DNA of 64,000 nucleotides from Acidobacteriota bacterium (GTDB lineage: Bacteria; Acidobacteriota; Vicinamibacteria; Vicinamibacterales; JAKQTR01): assembly GCA_026393755.1 (NCBI GenBank), contig JAPKZO010000032.1, positions 151,342-215,341 on the forward strand, read 5' to 3'. Within the stretch, counting starts at the first letter, position 1; each line of letters opens with the position of its first letter. Positions 52,082 to 63,632 of this stretch are shown piece by piece. Under the pieces are notes generated by a model, which saw only the letters and a program-made list of their open reading frames with translations, made no database searches and was not told the origin of the DNA. The translations under genes were made by a program, and so were the position numbers.

Positions 52082-52834
52082 GTGTCCGGCTTAACCGTCA
52101 CGATCGTTACGCTCAACGAGTCGGCGAACATCGCCGCGGCCCTCGAGTCGGTCTCGTGGGCCGACGAAATCGTGGTCGTTGACGCTCAGAGTACGGATGA
52201 CACGGTCGCCATTGCCAGGCGATTCACCGATCGCGTCGTGACGCGGGAGTGGCCCGGATACGTCGCGCAAAAGAACTACGCCGCCTCCATTGCCTCCGGC
52301 GACTGGATCTTCTCGCTCGACGCGGACGAACGTGTCACGCCGGAGCTGGCCCGCGAGATCAAGACACTCCTGAAAGGCGATCTTCCGTGCGCCGGATACC
52401 GCGTACCTCGCGTGAGCCATTATCTGGGTCGCTGGATTCGGTCCACCGATTGGTACCCTGATTACCAGCTCCGGCTGTACGACCGGCGGCGCGCCCGCTG
52501 GACCGGCCGGTACGTTCACGAGTCGGTCAACGCCGAGGGCCAGGTCGCCCGCCTTGGCTCGGCTCTGCAGCATTACCCGTACCGGGACGTGTCACACCAT
52601 CTGGCCACGATCGATCGGTACTCGAGTCTCTCGGCACGCCAGATGTTCGAGGATGGGCGACGCGCCAGTGCCGTTCAGCTCGCGTTCCACCCGCCCGCGG
52701 CGTTTCTGCGCAACTACCTGGCCCGCGGCGGCGTTCGCGACGGCGCGGCAGGGTTGATTGTGTCGATACTGAATTCGTACTACGTGTTCCTGAAGTTCGT
52801 GAAGTTATGGGAGATGGGAAGAAGTAAGAAGTAA
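52082..52834 (+). CDS. glycosyltransferase family 2
   Basis: VTIVTLNESANIAAALESVSWADEIVVVDAQSTDDT...FSLDADERV (DxD). GTG start chosen after the TolC stop. Confidence 0.85.
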   Translation: MSGLTVTIVTLNESANIAAALESVSWADEIVVVDAQSTDDTVAIARRFTDRVVTREWPGYVAQKNYAASIASGDWIFSLDADERVTPELAREIKTLLKGDLPCAGYRVPRVSHYLGRWIRSTDWYPDYQLRLYDRRRARWTGRYVHESVNAEGQVARLGSALQHYPYRDVSHHLATIDRYSSLSARQMFEDGRRASAVQLAFHPPAAFLRNYLARGGVRDGAAGLIVSILNSYYVFLKFVKLWEMGRSKK

Positions 52835-53967
52835 TGCCCTTTTCCCTCCACATCGACACCGCGGTCTCCTGGCGCGGAGGACAGAGCCAGGTTCTCCAGA
52901 CGGTGATGGGCCTCCGCGCGCGCGGCCACCGCGCCGCGCTGGTAGCTCATCCGAAAGGAGAACTCGCCCGCCGGGCCCAGGAGGGACACGATCTGATTCG
53001 CCTGGCGCCGCTGCATGAAGTCGATTTCGGGGCGGCGCTCAAGTTGTCGCGCGTGCTGCGCGAATTGAATCCTGACGTCGTTCACGCGCACGATCCGCAT
53101 GCGGTGGCAATGACGGCGATGGCGCTGTCGATGTTCGGCCGCGAGAGACGGCCGGCGTTTGTCGTCGCGCGCCGCGTCGATTTCCATCTCAAGCAGAACT
53201 CCTTTTCCCGCTGGAAATACAAGTTGGCCGACTGCGTCGTGTGCTCGTCGAATGCGATTCGGGCGATGGTCGTCGAGGATGGCATCCCGGATGATCGCGT
53301 GATCACGGTCTACGAGGGCGTCGATGTCGATCGGATCGCCGCCATTCCCGCGGCAGACGTCCACACGGAACTCTGGCTGCCGCCGCACGCGCCCGTTGTC
53401 GGCAACGTCGCGGCGCTCGTCGCGCACAAGGGCCAGCGATATCTCATCGAGGCGGTGCCCCTCATCGTCCAGCGACTGCCCGACGTGCAAGTGCTTCTCT
53501 TCGGCGAAGGCGAGCTTCGATCGCAGCTGCAGCGGCAGATCAAGGCGCTGGGGCTCGATCATCACGTCCGGCTCGTCGGCTTTCAGCCCAACGTGCTCGC
53601 GCTCATCAAGAGTCTGGATGTGTTCGTCATGAGTTCGATCACCGAGGGCCTCGGGACGTCGATCCTGGATGCGATGGCCTCGTCCAAACCCGTCGTGGCG
53701 ACCGACGCGGGAGGCATCCCGGAAGTCGTGGAGCACGGGGTCACCGGGCTGCTGGTGCCCGCCCAGAAACCCGCCGCGATGGCCGAGGCCATCCTGCGTC
53801 TGCTCAACGACGCGCCGCTCCGGACGCAGATGGGCAACGCGGGCTTGGAACGGGTGCGGGCCCGATTCAGCGTGGATCGGATGGTGGACGAGACGCTTGC
53901 GGTCTACGAGCGCGCGGCCGGCATGCGCCCCGCAGCGGGCAATGGGAGTCCCCCGCCGGCCGATTGA
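52834..53967 (+). CDS. glycosyltransferase, GT4 / group 1 family
   Basis: Contains FVMSSITEGLGTSILDAMASSKPVVATDAGGIPEVV. TAATG overlap with the previous gene. Confidence 0.85.
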   Translation: MPFSLHIDTAVSWRGGQSQVLQTVMGLRARGHRAALVAHPKGELARRAQEGHDLIRLAPLHEVDFGAALKLSRVLRELNPDVVHAHDPHAVAMTAMALSMFGRERRPAFVVARRVDFHLKQNSFSRWKYKLADCVVCSSNAIRAMVVEDGIPDDRVITVYEGVDVDRIAAIPAADVHTELWLPPHAPVVGNVAALVAHKGQRYLIEAVPLIVQRLPDVQVLLFGEGELRSQLQRQIKALGLDHHVRLVGFQPNVLALIKSLDVFVMSSITEGLGTSILDAMASSKPVVATDAGGIPEVVEHGVTGLLVPAQKPAAMAEAILRLLNDAPLRTQMGNAGLERVRARFSVDRMVDETLAVYERAAGMRPAAGNGSPPPAD

Positions 53968-54814
53968 ATCCGCACAAGTTCAGCATCCCGAGGTGGCACA
54001 GCGCAAAGTCGTAGCGCACCGGATCATCAGGATCGAGTGTCCGCAGGGAGGCCGTGATGTCGGCGGCCATCCGCCAGCCCGGTGTCCGATAGGTCGTCAG
54101 GCCCAGGCACTGGCCAACGCGAACGACGTGCACGTCGAGCGGGATGATCAGGCGCGACGCCGAAACGCGCTTCCAGACGCCGAGGTCGATCCCGTCGCGA
54201 CGCACCATCCAGCGAAGAAACAGGTTCAGGCGCTTGCACGCGCTCCCGGCCGAGGGCCGCGCGAAGAAGGTGTGGACACCGGGCCGTCCTGCGGTGCGCC
54301 CGTACACGCGCCTCAGATCAACCTGTTTCGCACGCTCACAGAAGCGATCAAGCCCCGGACCAATATCCGGCGACGAGGGTGTATCGCCGTCAATAAAGAA
54401 CTGCTCGAGCGATCCGGCATCCTCCAGCAGCTGCTTCAGCGTCCAGAGCAGCGCTGCAAGGTCCCGCCCGCGCGTCCAGCGATGCCCGAGATGTTCAAGT
54501 CGTGCGGCGTCGCGCTCCGGCTCGAACCGCCGGACGAACGCCGACGGCGACGGTCCCATCACCTCAAGCAAGGCATCGATCGAGGCCAGGATGCCGGCCA
54601 CACGGCCAAACGCGAGGCCGGCTGCACAGAAAGCGACAATTTCGGTGTCGGCCGGATCGGTGAAGGGGCGCACCCGCTCGATCGGATCGCTGATGCGCCC
54701 GCTCCAATCACACTCGCGGTACAACCGGTCGAGCGCGGGCTTGAGATGGCGGACGTTTGCCGTGTGGCCCCCTAAAACGCGCTGATCGCCCGTCCCTCGC
54801 GACATAGCGGGCAC
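53867..54814 (-). CDS. TIGR02757/DUF2400 family protein (recalled name)
   Basis: Contains FLRWMVRRDGIDLGVW, IPLDVHV, YDFALCHLG and a C-terminal Cys pair. Its 3' end overlaps the convergent GT4 gene by ~100 nt. Start uncertain. Confidence 0.75.
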   Translation of the reverse strand: MPAMSRGTGDQRVLGGHTANVRHLKPALDRLYRECDWSGRISDPIERVRPFTDPADTEIVAFCAAGLAFGRVAGILASIDALLEVMGPSPSAFVRRFEPERDAARLEHLGHRWTRGRDLAALLWTLKQLLEDAGSLEQFFIDGDTPSSPDIGPGLDRFCERAKQVDLRRVYGRTAGRPGVHTFFARPSAGSACKRLNLFLRWMVRRDGIDLGVWKRVSASRLIIPLDVHVVRVGQCLGLTTYRTPGWRMAADITASLRTLDPDDPVRYDFALCHLGMLNLCGFNRPAGDSHCPLRGACRPRARRPQASRPPSDPR

Positions 54815-55392
54815 GAGGCAACCGGGTAGTTATCCGGCGCCCGGTACTCGGCCACGGCCACATTCGGGACCCCGAGATTGACGATGGCTTCGAGCCGATC
54901 ACAGATCTCCACGGTGCCGATCACGATGCCCCCGGCCTGTGCGACCAGCGCGGCGCACCGCTCAAACGTCTGGCCGGTGTTGCGCACATCGTCGGCGATC
55001 AACACCCGCTTGCCCGCCATCTGCGCGCCGTAGAACGGACGCAGCGTGTGGCCGCCGGCGTGGTCGGGCGCAAAGGGCGCGAACAGCCGCGCCGGTTCCG
55101 TCAGTTTGCGCCGGCTGTCGAGCAGGCCGGCAATCGTGTGCGCCAGCAGCGCCCCGCCGGTGGCAGGTCCGGCCACCACGTCGGCCTGTTCGATCATCGC
55201 CGCCGGCATGAGATCAATCAGATCCTGGGCGAACCGCCAGATCGTCGAGGGAAACCTGAACAACTGGTGCGGGTTCAGATACACCCTGCCGTGGTACCCA
55301 TTGCCATAGTCGAAGTGGCCGTCGAGCATGAGCACACCTGCCCGCTGCAGTTCGTCGAACGCCTTCTGGCGGATCTCGTCACGACCTCTCAC
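54772..55392 (-). CDS. divergent type I phosphoribosyltransferase (PyrE-like paralogue)
   Basis: PRPP loop KRVLIADDVRNTGQT and C-terminal CPLC as in pyrE. The N-terminal region DGHFDYGNGYHGRVYLNPH is divergent from canonical PyrE. GTGA overlap with the pyrC stop. Confidence 0.75.
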   Translation of the reverse strand: MRGRDEIRQKAFDELQRAGVLMLDGHFDYGNGYHGRVYLNPHQLFRFPSTIWRFAQDLIDLMPAAMIEQADVVAGPATGGALLAHTIAGLLDSRRKLTEPARLFAPFAPDHAGGHTLRPFYGAQMAGKRVLIADDVRNTGQTFERCAALVAQAGGIVIGTVEICDRLEAIVNLGVPNVAVAEYRAPDNYPVASCPLCREGRAISAF

Positions 55393-56709
55393 ACCTCTCT
55401 CCTCTCCAGGCCGGCGGCCTGAGATACGGCGGCATTGGCAAAGACGACGCGGCCCCCGATGAAGGTGGCGGCCACTCCGCCCCGAAGCGGCCACCCGTCA
55501 AATGGCGTGTTCCTGGCCTTGGAGCGGAACGCGGCGGCGGACACGATCACCTGAAGGTCTGGAGCCAGAATCGTGATGTCCGCGGTGTCTCCAGGCGCAA
55601 TCCGCCCGCCAGGCAGCTTGAGAATCCTGGCCGGGTTCACTGAAAGCAGCTCAACCAGCCGGCCCATGCCGATGACGCCGGCGTGGACCAGGCCGTCGAT
55701 GCAGAGCGACACGGCCGTCTCGAGGCCGACGATGCCGAACGACGCGCGGTCGAATTCCACTCTCTTGTCGTCGGCGTGATGCGGCGCATGATCGGTCGCC
55801 ACGACGTCGATCGATCCGTCTCTGATCCCGGCCAGCAGCGCGTCCCGGTCGGTGTCGCCCCGGAGCGGCGGATTCATCTTCAGGTTGGTGTCGTAGATGA
55901 GCGGGGCCCGAAGCCGCTCGTCGGAGAGGGTGAAGTGGTGCGGCGTCACCTCGCAGGTGACGCGGGCACCGCGCGACTTCCCGGCGCGCACCGCGCGCAC
56001 CGCGCCGGCCGTGCTCAGGTGGGCGATGTGGACGTGCCCGCCGGTGGCGTGGGCCAGGACGATGTCGCGCTCGACCATCACGTCTTCGGCCGCCGCCGGG
56101 ATGCCCCGCAACCCCAGTTGAGCGGCGTGGAATCCCTCGTGAGCCACGCCCTCTCCGGCGAGCGACCGGTCTTCGCAGTGGTCGATGATGGGCATGTCGA
56201 ACATGCCGGCGTACTCGAGCGCACGCCGCATCAGCGCCGCGGTGGCCACCGGCCGACCGTCATCGGAAAAGGCGACGCACCCGGCTTCTCGCATGTCGGC
56301 GATCTCGGCCAGGTGCTCCCCGTTCGATCCGTTCGACACGGCGCCGATCGGGTACACGCGGGCCAGATTCGCCGCGGCGGCCTGCTTCAGGATGAAGCGC
56401 GTCACGCTCGCGTTATCGTTGACCGGGTTCGTGTTCGGCATGCACGCGACGGCGGCAAAGCCGCCAGCCACCGCGGCCGCCGTGCCGCTGGCGACCGTCT
56501 CCTTGTGTTCATAGCCCGGCTCGCGCAAGTGCACGTGCATGTCGATCAGGCCCGGCACAACGACCAGCGACGGACCCAGTTCCACGATGTGGGCCCCGGC
56601 GGCCGCCTCGGCGGGAATCGACGTGTCCACCCGGGAGATTCGATCGCCGTCCACCAGCACGTCGCGAATCCCATCGATGCCGGATGCCGGGTCGACGACG
56701 CGGGCGCCT

Positions 56710-56726
<17 letters not shown>
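55389..56726 (-). CDS. pyrC: dihydroorotase
   Basis: Contains [35 protein letters not shown]. Confidence 0.92.
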
Positions 56727-58382
<1,656 letters not shown>

Positions 58383-58399
58383 TCACGATGTGCCTCTTT

Positions 58400-58416
58400 G
58401 TGGCCTCTCGGGCCAC
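58400..58416 (-). promoter_or_regulatory. hairpin GUGGCC-CGAGA-GGCCAC: candidate PyrR-binding loop or terminator of the upstream gene
   Basis: On the minus-strand RNA, GCCCGAGAGGCC matches 9/12 positions of the PyrR box I recall (UCCAGAGAGGCU). It lies 27 nt after the upstream stop and ~190 nt before the pyrR ATG. Confidence 0.3.
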
Positions 58417-58442
58417 CGTTAAAGAGCTACCTAAGTATACCG

Positions 58443-60185
58443 CTACCGCTCGTATGTGGGGATGTACGTAATCGGCCGGTGCGTCGTGAAGTCCCGGCTG
58501 AAGATGTCGGTCCTGGCAAATCCATCCATGTCGCGGCCCACCGGCAGTCCGAAGAAGTACAACACCGTCGGTACGAGGTCGACAATCGACGCCCGGGCAT
58601 ATCGGCCAGGCGTGACGGCCGACCCGAACACAAACATGAATCCATCCGGCGCGCGCTCGTGAGTACCGGTCGGCACGGGGTTGCCAAATGTCCTCTCCAG
58701 CAACTGTTTCCCGATGTCCATCGGGTCCATGCCGAAGCCGGACATCACGATCAACAGGTCTCCCGGCCGCATCCCGGCAATCGCCCGGCCCACAGCGGCG
58801 TCGGCGGCTGCGTAGAATCCGCCGAGTGCGAGGTTGTATCGCTCGACGTCCTCGGCGGACACATCGCCAAACGGATTGGGCTGCGCATAGCGAAGCAGAT
58901 AGTGCCCCGCCGCATCAAGACATCTGTACCGAACGGCTCGGAACCGGCTGGGGAAGGATCCCTCCAGATCGGTGGCCATCCGCTCGTACGCGCGGTCTGA
59001 ACGGCACGTGCTCGCGATCAGTTCGCTCGCATCGCTGCGGGCCGGCGCCGGCGCTCCCCGCGTATCGACTCCGGGATTGGTGAGCGCGGCAGCGGCCACA
59101 CTCGCCGCTTCGCGCGGCCAGGCGCCCTCGGTGTTGTCGAGGTCGACGCTCGATCCCGCCAACTGCGCGAACTCATCGCTCACCTGGTACCCACGCAGTT
59201 CGCGCGCCGGCTGCGTGACGGACCAGTTGATGATCCCGACTGGGACGCCCTGCTGGCTGAGGATGTTCCAGAGTGATCGCGCCGTCAGGTCGCGGCTCGT
59301 ATGAAGCTGCTGTCGAAGGAAACCAAACCGCACGAGCGCGTGCGCAAAACACGAATCCGGCAGCACCTCGATCGCGTCCGTGCCGCCAACGGGCCAGTAC
59401 GTGGCCGCCGACCTGATGCCGGTCTTCACCGGCAGTTTGCCCGTCGCCGCGGCGGTCCACACCGTGCCTGGCTGAGTGGGACGGATCGTCGCGACGTGCA
59501 TGAACGCCGCCGACTGAGCCAGCCGTCCGAAATGCGGCAGACGTCCATCGGCGGCTCCCGGCGCGATGACATCGAGCGAGGCGCCTTCAAACAGCAGCAG
59601 GGTGACCCGGCTTTCGCCCGCTGCTTCGGCCGTCGCGGCGAGGCCGCCCGCGTCGCGCGGCGGTCTGGTGGCATCGGTGCCGGGGCCCCGAAACGTCATC
59701 GGCACGGCCACCGACGCCATCAGAAGCAACGCCAGCAGGACCGGTTCGTACTTCGAGCCCAGGGGGGCCCTCCATCGATGCCAGATTGCCAGCATCAGCA
59801 TGAAGGCGGCACACAGCGTGAGGGCCACCGCCCCGCCCGTCATCCGCAGCACGGTCGACGGGTCGAGCACGGGACCAAAGCCCTGCAGGTTCGTCCAAGT
59901 CAGAGCTGCGCCCGTCCCCGCGCCAATCGCGCAGAGCCACACGAGCACGCGGAAGCTGATCCAGCCGGGCGAGATCGGCTCGGCCGCCACCACCTGGTGC
60001 ACCACGATCAACCCATAGAAGACAGCCGCGACGTTGAGGCCGTAGGAGGCGACCAGCGTCAGTACAAGCGCCGGAAAGCCTGCCAGCGAGTAGTGCGGGT
60101 TGAGTTGCAGCATGAGCACGGCGATGTACAGCGCGACGGCCACGCCGGCAATGACCGCATTGGTGAGCATTCGAAGATATCGCAC
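58443..60185 (-). CDS. membrane-anchored alkaline phosphatase superfamily protein (type I phosphodiesterase/nucleotide pyrophosphatase-like)
   Basis: ~5 N-terminal TM helices, then an AP-superfamily core (LLLFEGASLDVI.., TIRPTQPGTVWTAAATG, LLIVMSGFGM, GTHERAPDGFM, IVDLVPTVLYFFGLP). Confidence 0.75.
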   Translation of the reverse strand: MRYLRMLTNAVIAGVAVALYIAVLMLQLNPHYSLAGFPALVLTLVASYGLNVAAVFYGLIVVHQVVAAEPISPGWISFRVLVWLCAIGAGTGAALTWTNLQGFGPVLDPSTVLRMTGGAVALTLCAAFMLMLAIWHRWRAPLGSKYEPVLLALLLMASVAVPMTFRGPGTDATRPPRDAGGLAATAEAAGESRVTLLLFEGASLDVIAPGAADGRLPHFGRLAQSAAFMHVATIRPTQPGTVWTAAATGKLPVKTGIRSAATYWPVGGTDAIEVLPDSCFAHALVRFGFLRQQLHTSRDLTARSLWNILSQQGVPVGIINWSVTQPARELRGYQVSDEFAQLAGSSVDLDNTEGAWPREAASVAAAALTNPGVDTRGAPAPARSDASELIASTCRSDRAYERMATDLEGSFPSRFRAVRYRCLDAAGHYLLRYAQPNPFGDVSAEDVERYNLALGGFYAAADAAVGRAIAGMRPGDLLIVMSGFGMDPMDIGKQLLERTFGNPVPTGTHERAPDGFMFVFGSAVTPGRYARASIVDLVPTVLYFFGLPVGRDMDGFARTDIFSRDFTTHRPITYIPTYER

Positions 60186-60236
60186 GTCGCTCAGGCTCCG
60201 GCCCGTACTTTACACCTCCAACGGTATACTTTCTCC

Positions 60237-61055
60237 ATGGCTGCTCCGGTCGATGTGCACGCCGAGGTGCTTTCGAACACCCACCTGTCGGCGGACTACA
60301 ACGTACTCGTGCTAGCGGCCCCGGCGATCGCGGCGTCGGCACGGGCCGGTCAGTTCGTGATGGTCCGGACCGTGGGCGGCACGGACCCGCTGCTTCGGCG
60401 GCCATTCTCGGTCTTCGAGGTGCTCCGGCGAGCCGACGCCACACCGTACGCGATATCGGTTTTCTGCAAGCGCGTCGGCGCCGCTACGTCGCGCCTGTTC
60501 GAGGCGGCGGTCGGTGATCACCTCGACTGTCTCGGTCCGCTCGGCAAGCCCTTCGCCACAGTCGGCCCGCCGTCGGAGGCATGGATGGTGGCCGGAGGCG
60601 TGGGCCTGGCGCCGTTCGCCACGCTCACCGAAGAGCTTCGGTCAGCGGGCACGAGGACGCGGCTCTTCTACGGCGGCCGCAGCCACACAGACCTGTTCTA
60701 TCTTGACTGGTTCGAGAGCCGTGGCGTCGCACTTGAACTGGCGACCGAAGACGGCAGCCGCGGCACCGACGGCCGCGTGACCGTGCCGCTCGAGCGCGCG
60801 CTCTCGGCGCAGCCCGCATCAGCCGGCCTCACGCTGTACGCCTGCGGGCCTGAACCCATGCTCAAGGCGGTCGCCGATCTGGCCCGCCGCTACCAACGCC
60901 CGTCCCAGCTGTCGACCGAGCGGATCATGGGATGCGGCATGGGCGGATGCTACAGCTGCGTGATCCGTGTTCGAGACGAAGACGGGCACGCGCACTTTGT
61001 GCGCTCGTGTCTGAACGGCCCGGTGTTTCGTGGCGATGATCTGGTGTGGGAATGA
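60237..61055 (+). CDS. pyrK: dihydroorotate dehydrogenase electron-transfer subunit
   Basis: FAD/NAD-binding fold (RRPFSV, GGVGLAP) and a C-terminal 2Fe-2S Cys cluster (CGMGGCYSCV...C). Confidence 0.9.
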   Translation: MAAPVDVHAEVLSNTHLSADYNVLVLAAPAIAASARAGQFVMVRTVGGTDPLLRRPFSVFEVLRRADATPYAISVFCKRVGAATSRLFEAAVGDHLDCLGPLGKPFATVGPPSEAWMVAGGVGLAPFATLTEELRSAGTRTRLFYGGRSHTDLFYLDWFESRGVALELATEDGSRGTDGRVTVPLERALSAQPASAGLTLYACGPEPMLKAVADLARRYQRPSQLSTERIMGCGMGGCYSCVIRVRDEDGHAHFVRSCLNGPVFRGDDLVWE

Positions 61056-61975
61056 AGGCTGATCTGAGCGTCTGCATCGGCTCGCTGGTGCTGAAGAACC
61101 CCGTCATCCCAGCCAGCGGCTGTTTCGGTTACGGCCTCGAGTACGCGGACGTGGTCGACCTGGCGAGCCTCGGTGCTATCGCCGTCAAGGGCCTCTTTCT
61201 AGCTGAACGAGAGGGTCATCCGCCGCCGCGGATCGTCGAAACGCCGTCGGGCATGCTGAACGCGATCGGGCTCCAGGGCATCGGCGTCCACCGGTTCGTC
61301 CGTGAGAAGATGCCGGAGTTGCGGCGTCTCGGCGCGGTGGTCATCGTCAACATCTGTGGATCGACCATTAGTGAGTATGTGGAACTGGCCCGCATCCTCT
61401 CGGATGTCGAGGGCGTCGCAGCGCTCGAGCTGAACATTTCGTGTCCCAACATCAAGGAAGGGGGCATTCAGTTCGGTTGCGATCTCGCCAGCACCCATGC
61501 CGTCGTCAGCGCCGTGCGCCAGGCGACGCGACTGCCGATCATCCCGAAGCTGACGCCCAATGTGTCCAGTGTGTCGTCATTCGCCAAGGCGGCCGAAGAG
61601 GCGGGCGCCGACGCGGTATCGCTCGTCAATACGTTTCTGGCGATGGCCATCGACGTCGAGACGCGGCGGCCAAGACTCTCCAATGTCGTGGGTGGATTGA
61701 GCGGACCCGCCATCAGGCCAATCGCCGTGCGGATGGTGTACGACTGCGCGCGCGCCGTGCACATCCCGATTATCGGCATGGGGGGCATCGCCTCCGCGCG
61801 GGATGTTCTCGAGTTCATGATCGCCGGTGCGACCGCCGTGCAAGTGGGCACGGCGTGCTTTGTCGATCCGTTCATCTGGACGAAGTTGATCGCTGGTCTC
61901 GACGAGTACCTCGAGCGGCACGGCATCGAACGCGTCGCCGACCTGGTGGGGACGTTGAACATCGATCGCGACTAG
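61052..61975 (+). CDS. pyrD: dihydroorotate dehydrogenase (class 1B catalytic subunit)
   Basis: Contains LKNPVIPASGCFGYG, NAIGLQGIGV, LELNISCPN and GGIASARD. ATGA overlap with pyrK. Confidence 0.92.
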   Translation: MKADLSVCIGSLVLKNPVIPASGCFGYGLEYADVVDLASLGAIAVKGLFLAEREGHPPPRIVETPSGMLNAIGLQGIGVHRFVREKMPELRRLGAVVIVNICGSTISEYVELARILSDVEGVAALELNISCPNIKEGGIQFGCDLASTHAVVSAVRQATRLPIIPKLTPNVSSVSSFAKAAEEAGADAVSLVNTFLAMAIDVETRRPRLSNVVGGLSGPAIRPIAVRMVYDCARAVHIPIIGMGGIASARDVLEFMIAGATAVQVGTACFVDPFIWTKLIAGLDEYLERHGIERVADLVGTLNIDRD

Positions 61976-62044
61976 ATACGGTTTCACGCTCTGCGCTTAG
62001 GGGTGTCAGAACCGGGTGTACACCGTTCTGGGGACGCTGTTGGC

Positions 62045-62785
62045 ATGACTGCTCAGAATCCGATCATTGTCGCGCTGGATGTGGACAGCCCGTCGAGCGC
62101 GCTGGCTCTGGCTGACCGGTTGCGGGGCGTGGTTGGCGCCGTCAAAGTCGGCAGCCAGTTATTCACCGCAGCCGGGCCTGAAATCATCCGCCGCCTCACC
62201 GAGCGCGGCCACCGGGTCTTCCTCGATCTGAAGTACCACGACATCCCGAACACCGTCGCGGCAGCGGCAGCCGAGGCAGCCAGACTCGGCGCCTGGATGA
62301 TCGATGTGCACGCCAGCGGAGGTCTCGCGATGATGAAGGCGGCCGGCGAAGCCGCGCGGGCGAGCGCGGCCGCGGCCGGCGTGACGCCCCCGCTCATCAT
62401 TGCCATCACGGTCCTGACGAGCTTCGATCAGAACACGATCGCGTCAGTCGGCATCCAGCGGTCGATTCTCGATCAGGTCGACGCGCTCGCCTGGCTCGCC
62501 CAGGAGGCGGGACTGGACGGCGTGGTGGCCTCGCCGCACGAGGTGGCTCGCCTGCGCGCGGACCGCGGCGATCAGTTCGTGCTGGTCACGCCCGGCATCC
62601 GGGCGCACGATCCCGACGACGCCGGCCGCAAGCGCGATGATCAGGCCCGGACGATGACGGCTGGCGCAGCGATGGCCGCTGGCGCCAGCTTCATCGTCGT
62701 TGGCCGGCCGATCATCGCCGCGCCAGATCCACTCGCGGCCGCGAAGGCTCTGGCGGAGGAGGCGGGCGTTACTTTGCCGAGATGA
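62045..62785 (+). CDS. pyrF: orotidine 5'-phosphate decarboxylase
   Basis: Contains IIVALDV, VKVGSQLF and FLDLKYHDIPNTV. Confidence 0.92.
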   Translation: MTAQNPIIVALDVDSPSSALALADRLRGVVGAVKVGSQLFTAAGPEIIRRLTERGHRVFLDLKYHDIPNTVAAAAAEAARLGAWMIDVHASGGLAMMKAAGEAARASAAAAGVTPPLIIAITVLTSFDQNTIASVGIQRSILDQVDALAWLAQEAGLDGVVASPHEVARLRADRGDQFVLVTPGIRAHDPDDAGRKRDDQARTMTAGAAMAAGASFIVVGRPIIAAPDPLAAAKALAEEAGVTLPR

Positions 62786-63350
62786 CGAAGTGGCCGCGCC
62801 GGTTCTGCGACCAGCAGGCCTCGTTCTCCTCGGAACAGGACGGCGACTCCTTCCCCTTACTCACGACCATCACGCGATCGGCCGCAATCCCGAGACTGGC
62901 CACGTAGTCGCGGACAGCCGCCGCCCGGCGCTCCCCGAGCGCCATGTTGTATTCGCTGGTGCCCCGTGCGTCGCAATGTCCCTCGATCACGATCTTGGCG
63001 CCGGTCCAGCGCTTGAGCCAGTCAGCGTTCTTCTGCACCGCCGCGCGGGCATCGTCACGCAGGACCGCCTGGTCGTAATCAAAGAACACGTCCTGTAGCG
63101 GCTTCTCCGCATTGAGGTCGGCGAGGCTCTTCCGGGCGAACAACTCGTCTTCGGTCAACGGTCTTGGCGCCGGCGGGGGCGGGGGTGGCGGCGGAGGTGG
63201 TGGCGGGGGCGGCGGCGGCGGCGGTATCACGGGTGGCGGCGGGGGCGGCGGCGTCGGCGCGGTCACCGGAGCCTTCTTCGAACACGATACCGATGCTCCG
63301 ACGGCCGCGCAGGCCACCGCGAGCACGAGGATTCGAACAAAGCGGGTCAT
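62769..63350 (-). CDS. pal: peptidoglycan-associated lipoprotein (OmpA-family C-terminal domain) with long polyproline linker
   Basis: Lipoprotein-like signal (ILVLAVAC / SVSC) and an OmpA-like core (VFFDYDQAVLRDDA..IEGHCDARGTSEYNMALGERRA). SD AAGGAGAG. Confidence 0.9.
   Translation of the reverse strand: MTRFVRILVLAVACAAVGASVSCSKKAPVTAPTPPPPPPPVIPPPPPPPPPPPPPPPPPPAPRPLTEDELFARKSLADLNAEKPLQDVFFDYDQAVLRDDARAAVQKNADWLKRWTGAKIVIEGHCDARGTSEYNMALGERRAAAVRDYVASLGIAADRVMVVSKGKESPSCSEENEACWSQNRRGHFVISAK
63159..63257 (-). repeat. (CCN)n coding repeat: Pro7-Val-Ile-Pro18 within pal
   Basis: Codon-by-codon reading gives 18 consecutive Pro codons at 63171-63224 and 7 at 63231-63251. The plus strand is a CGG/GGG/TGG-rich tract. 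Confidence 0.9.
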
Positions 63351-63440
63351 CAGGCTCTCTCCTTGTGATTGTCGGGGGCCGGTCATGCACGCAGACCGGC
63401 CGGCGAGGACAAACCGCCTACCAGTACGATTCTCAACTGG

Positions 63441-63469
63441 AATCTACGGCTTTCCGGCCGTGCTGTCAA
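63441..63469 (-). promoter_or_regulatory. candidate sigma70-type promoter for pal
   Basis: Minus strand reads TTGACA-N17-TAGATT, ~90 nt upstream of the pal ATG. Confidence 0.4.
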
Positions 63470-63632
63470 ACGCGCGTCCGTCTGCGCGCTCGACACACAT
63501 GATGAATCACCTGGTGTCCGACCACGTCCCGTCGCATCCGCTGAACTCCACAGTACAATGCACGCGTGGATCGACTGCTTGAAGCCACATCGCGCGCCGA
63601 ACGCGACGATGGAGTCGCCCGACGTGAGAGAG

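Noticed and set aside
60209-60237. Leaderless pyrK promoter (TATACT at 60225-60230, 6 nt before the ATG)
   Set aside because: The -10 and its distance to the ATG fit a leaderless start. However, no acceptable -35 or TG extension exists at the right spacing (TTTACA is only 10 nt upstream). Left as unproven.
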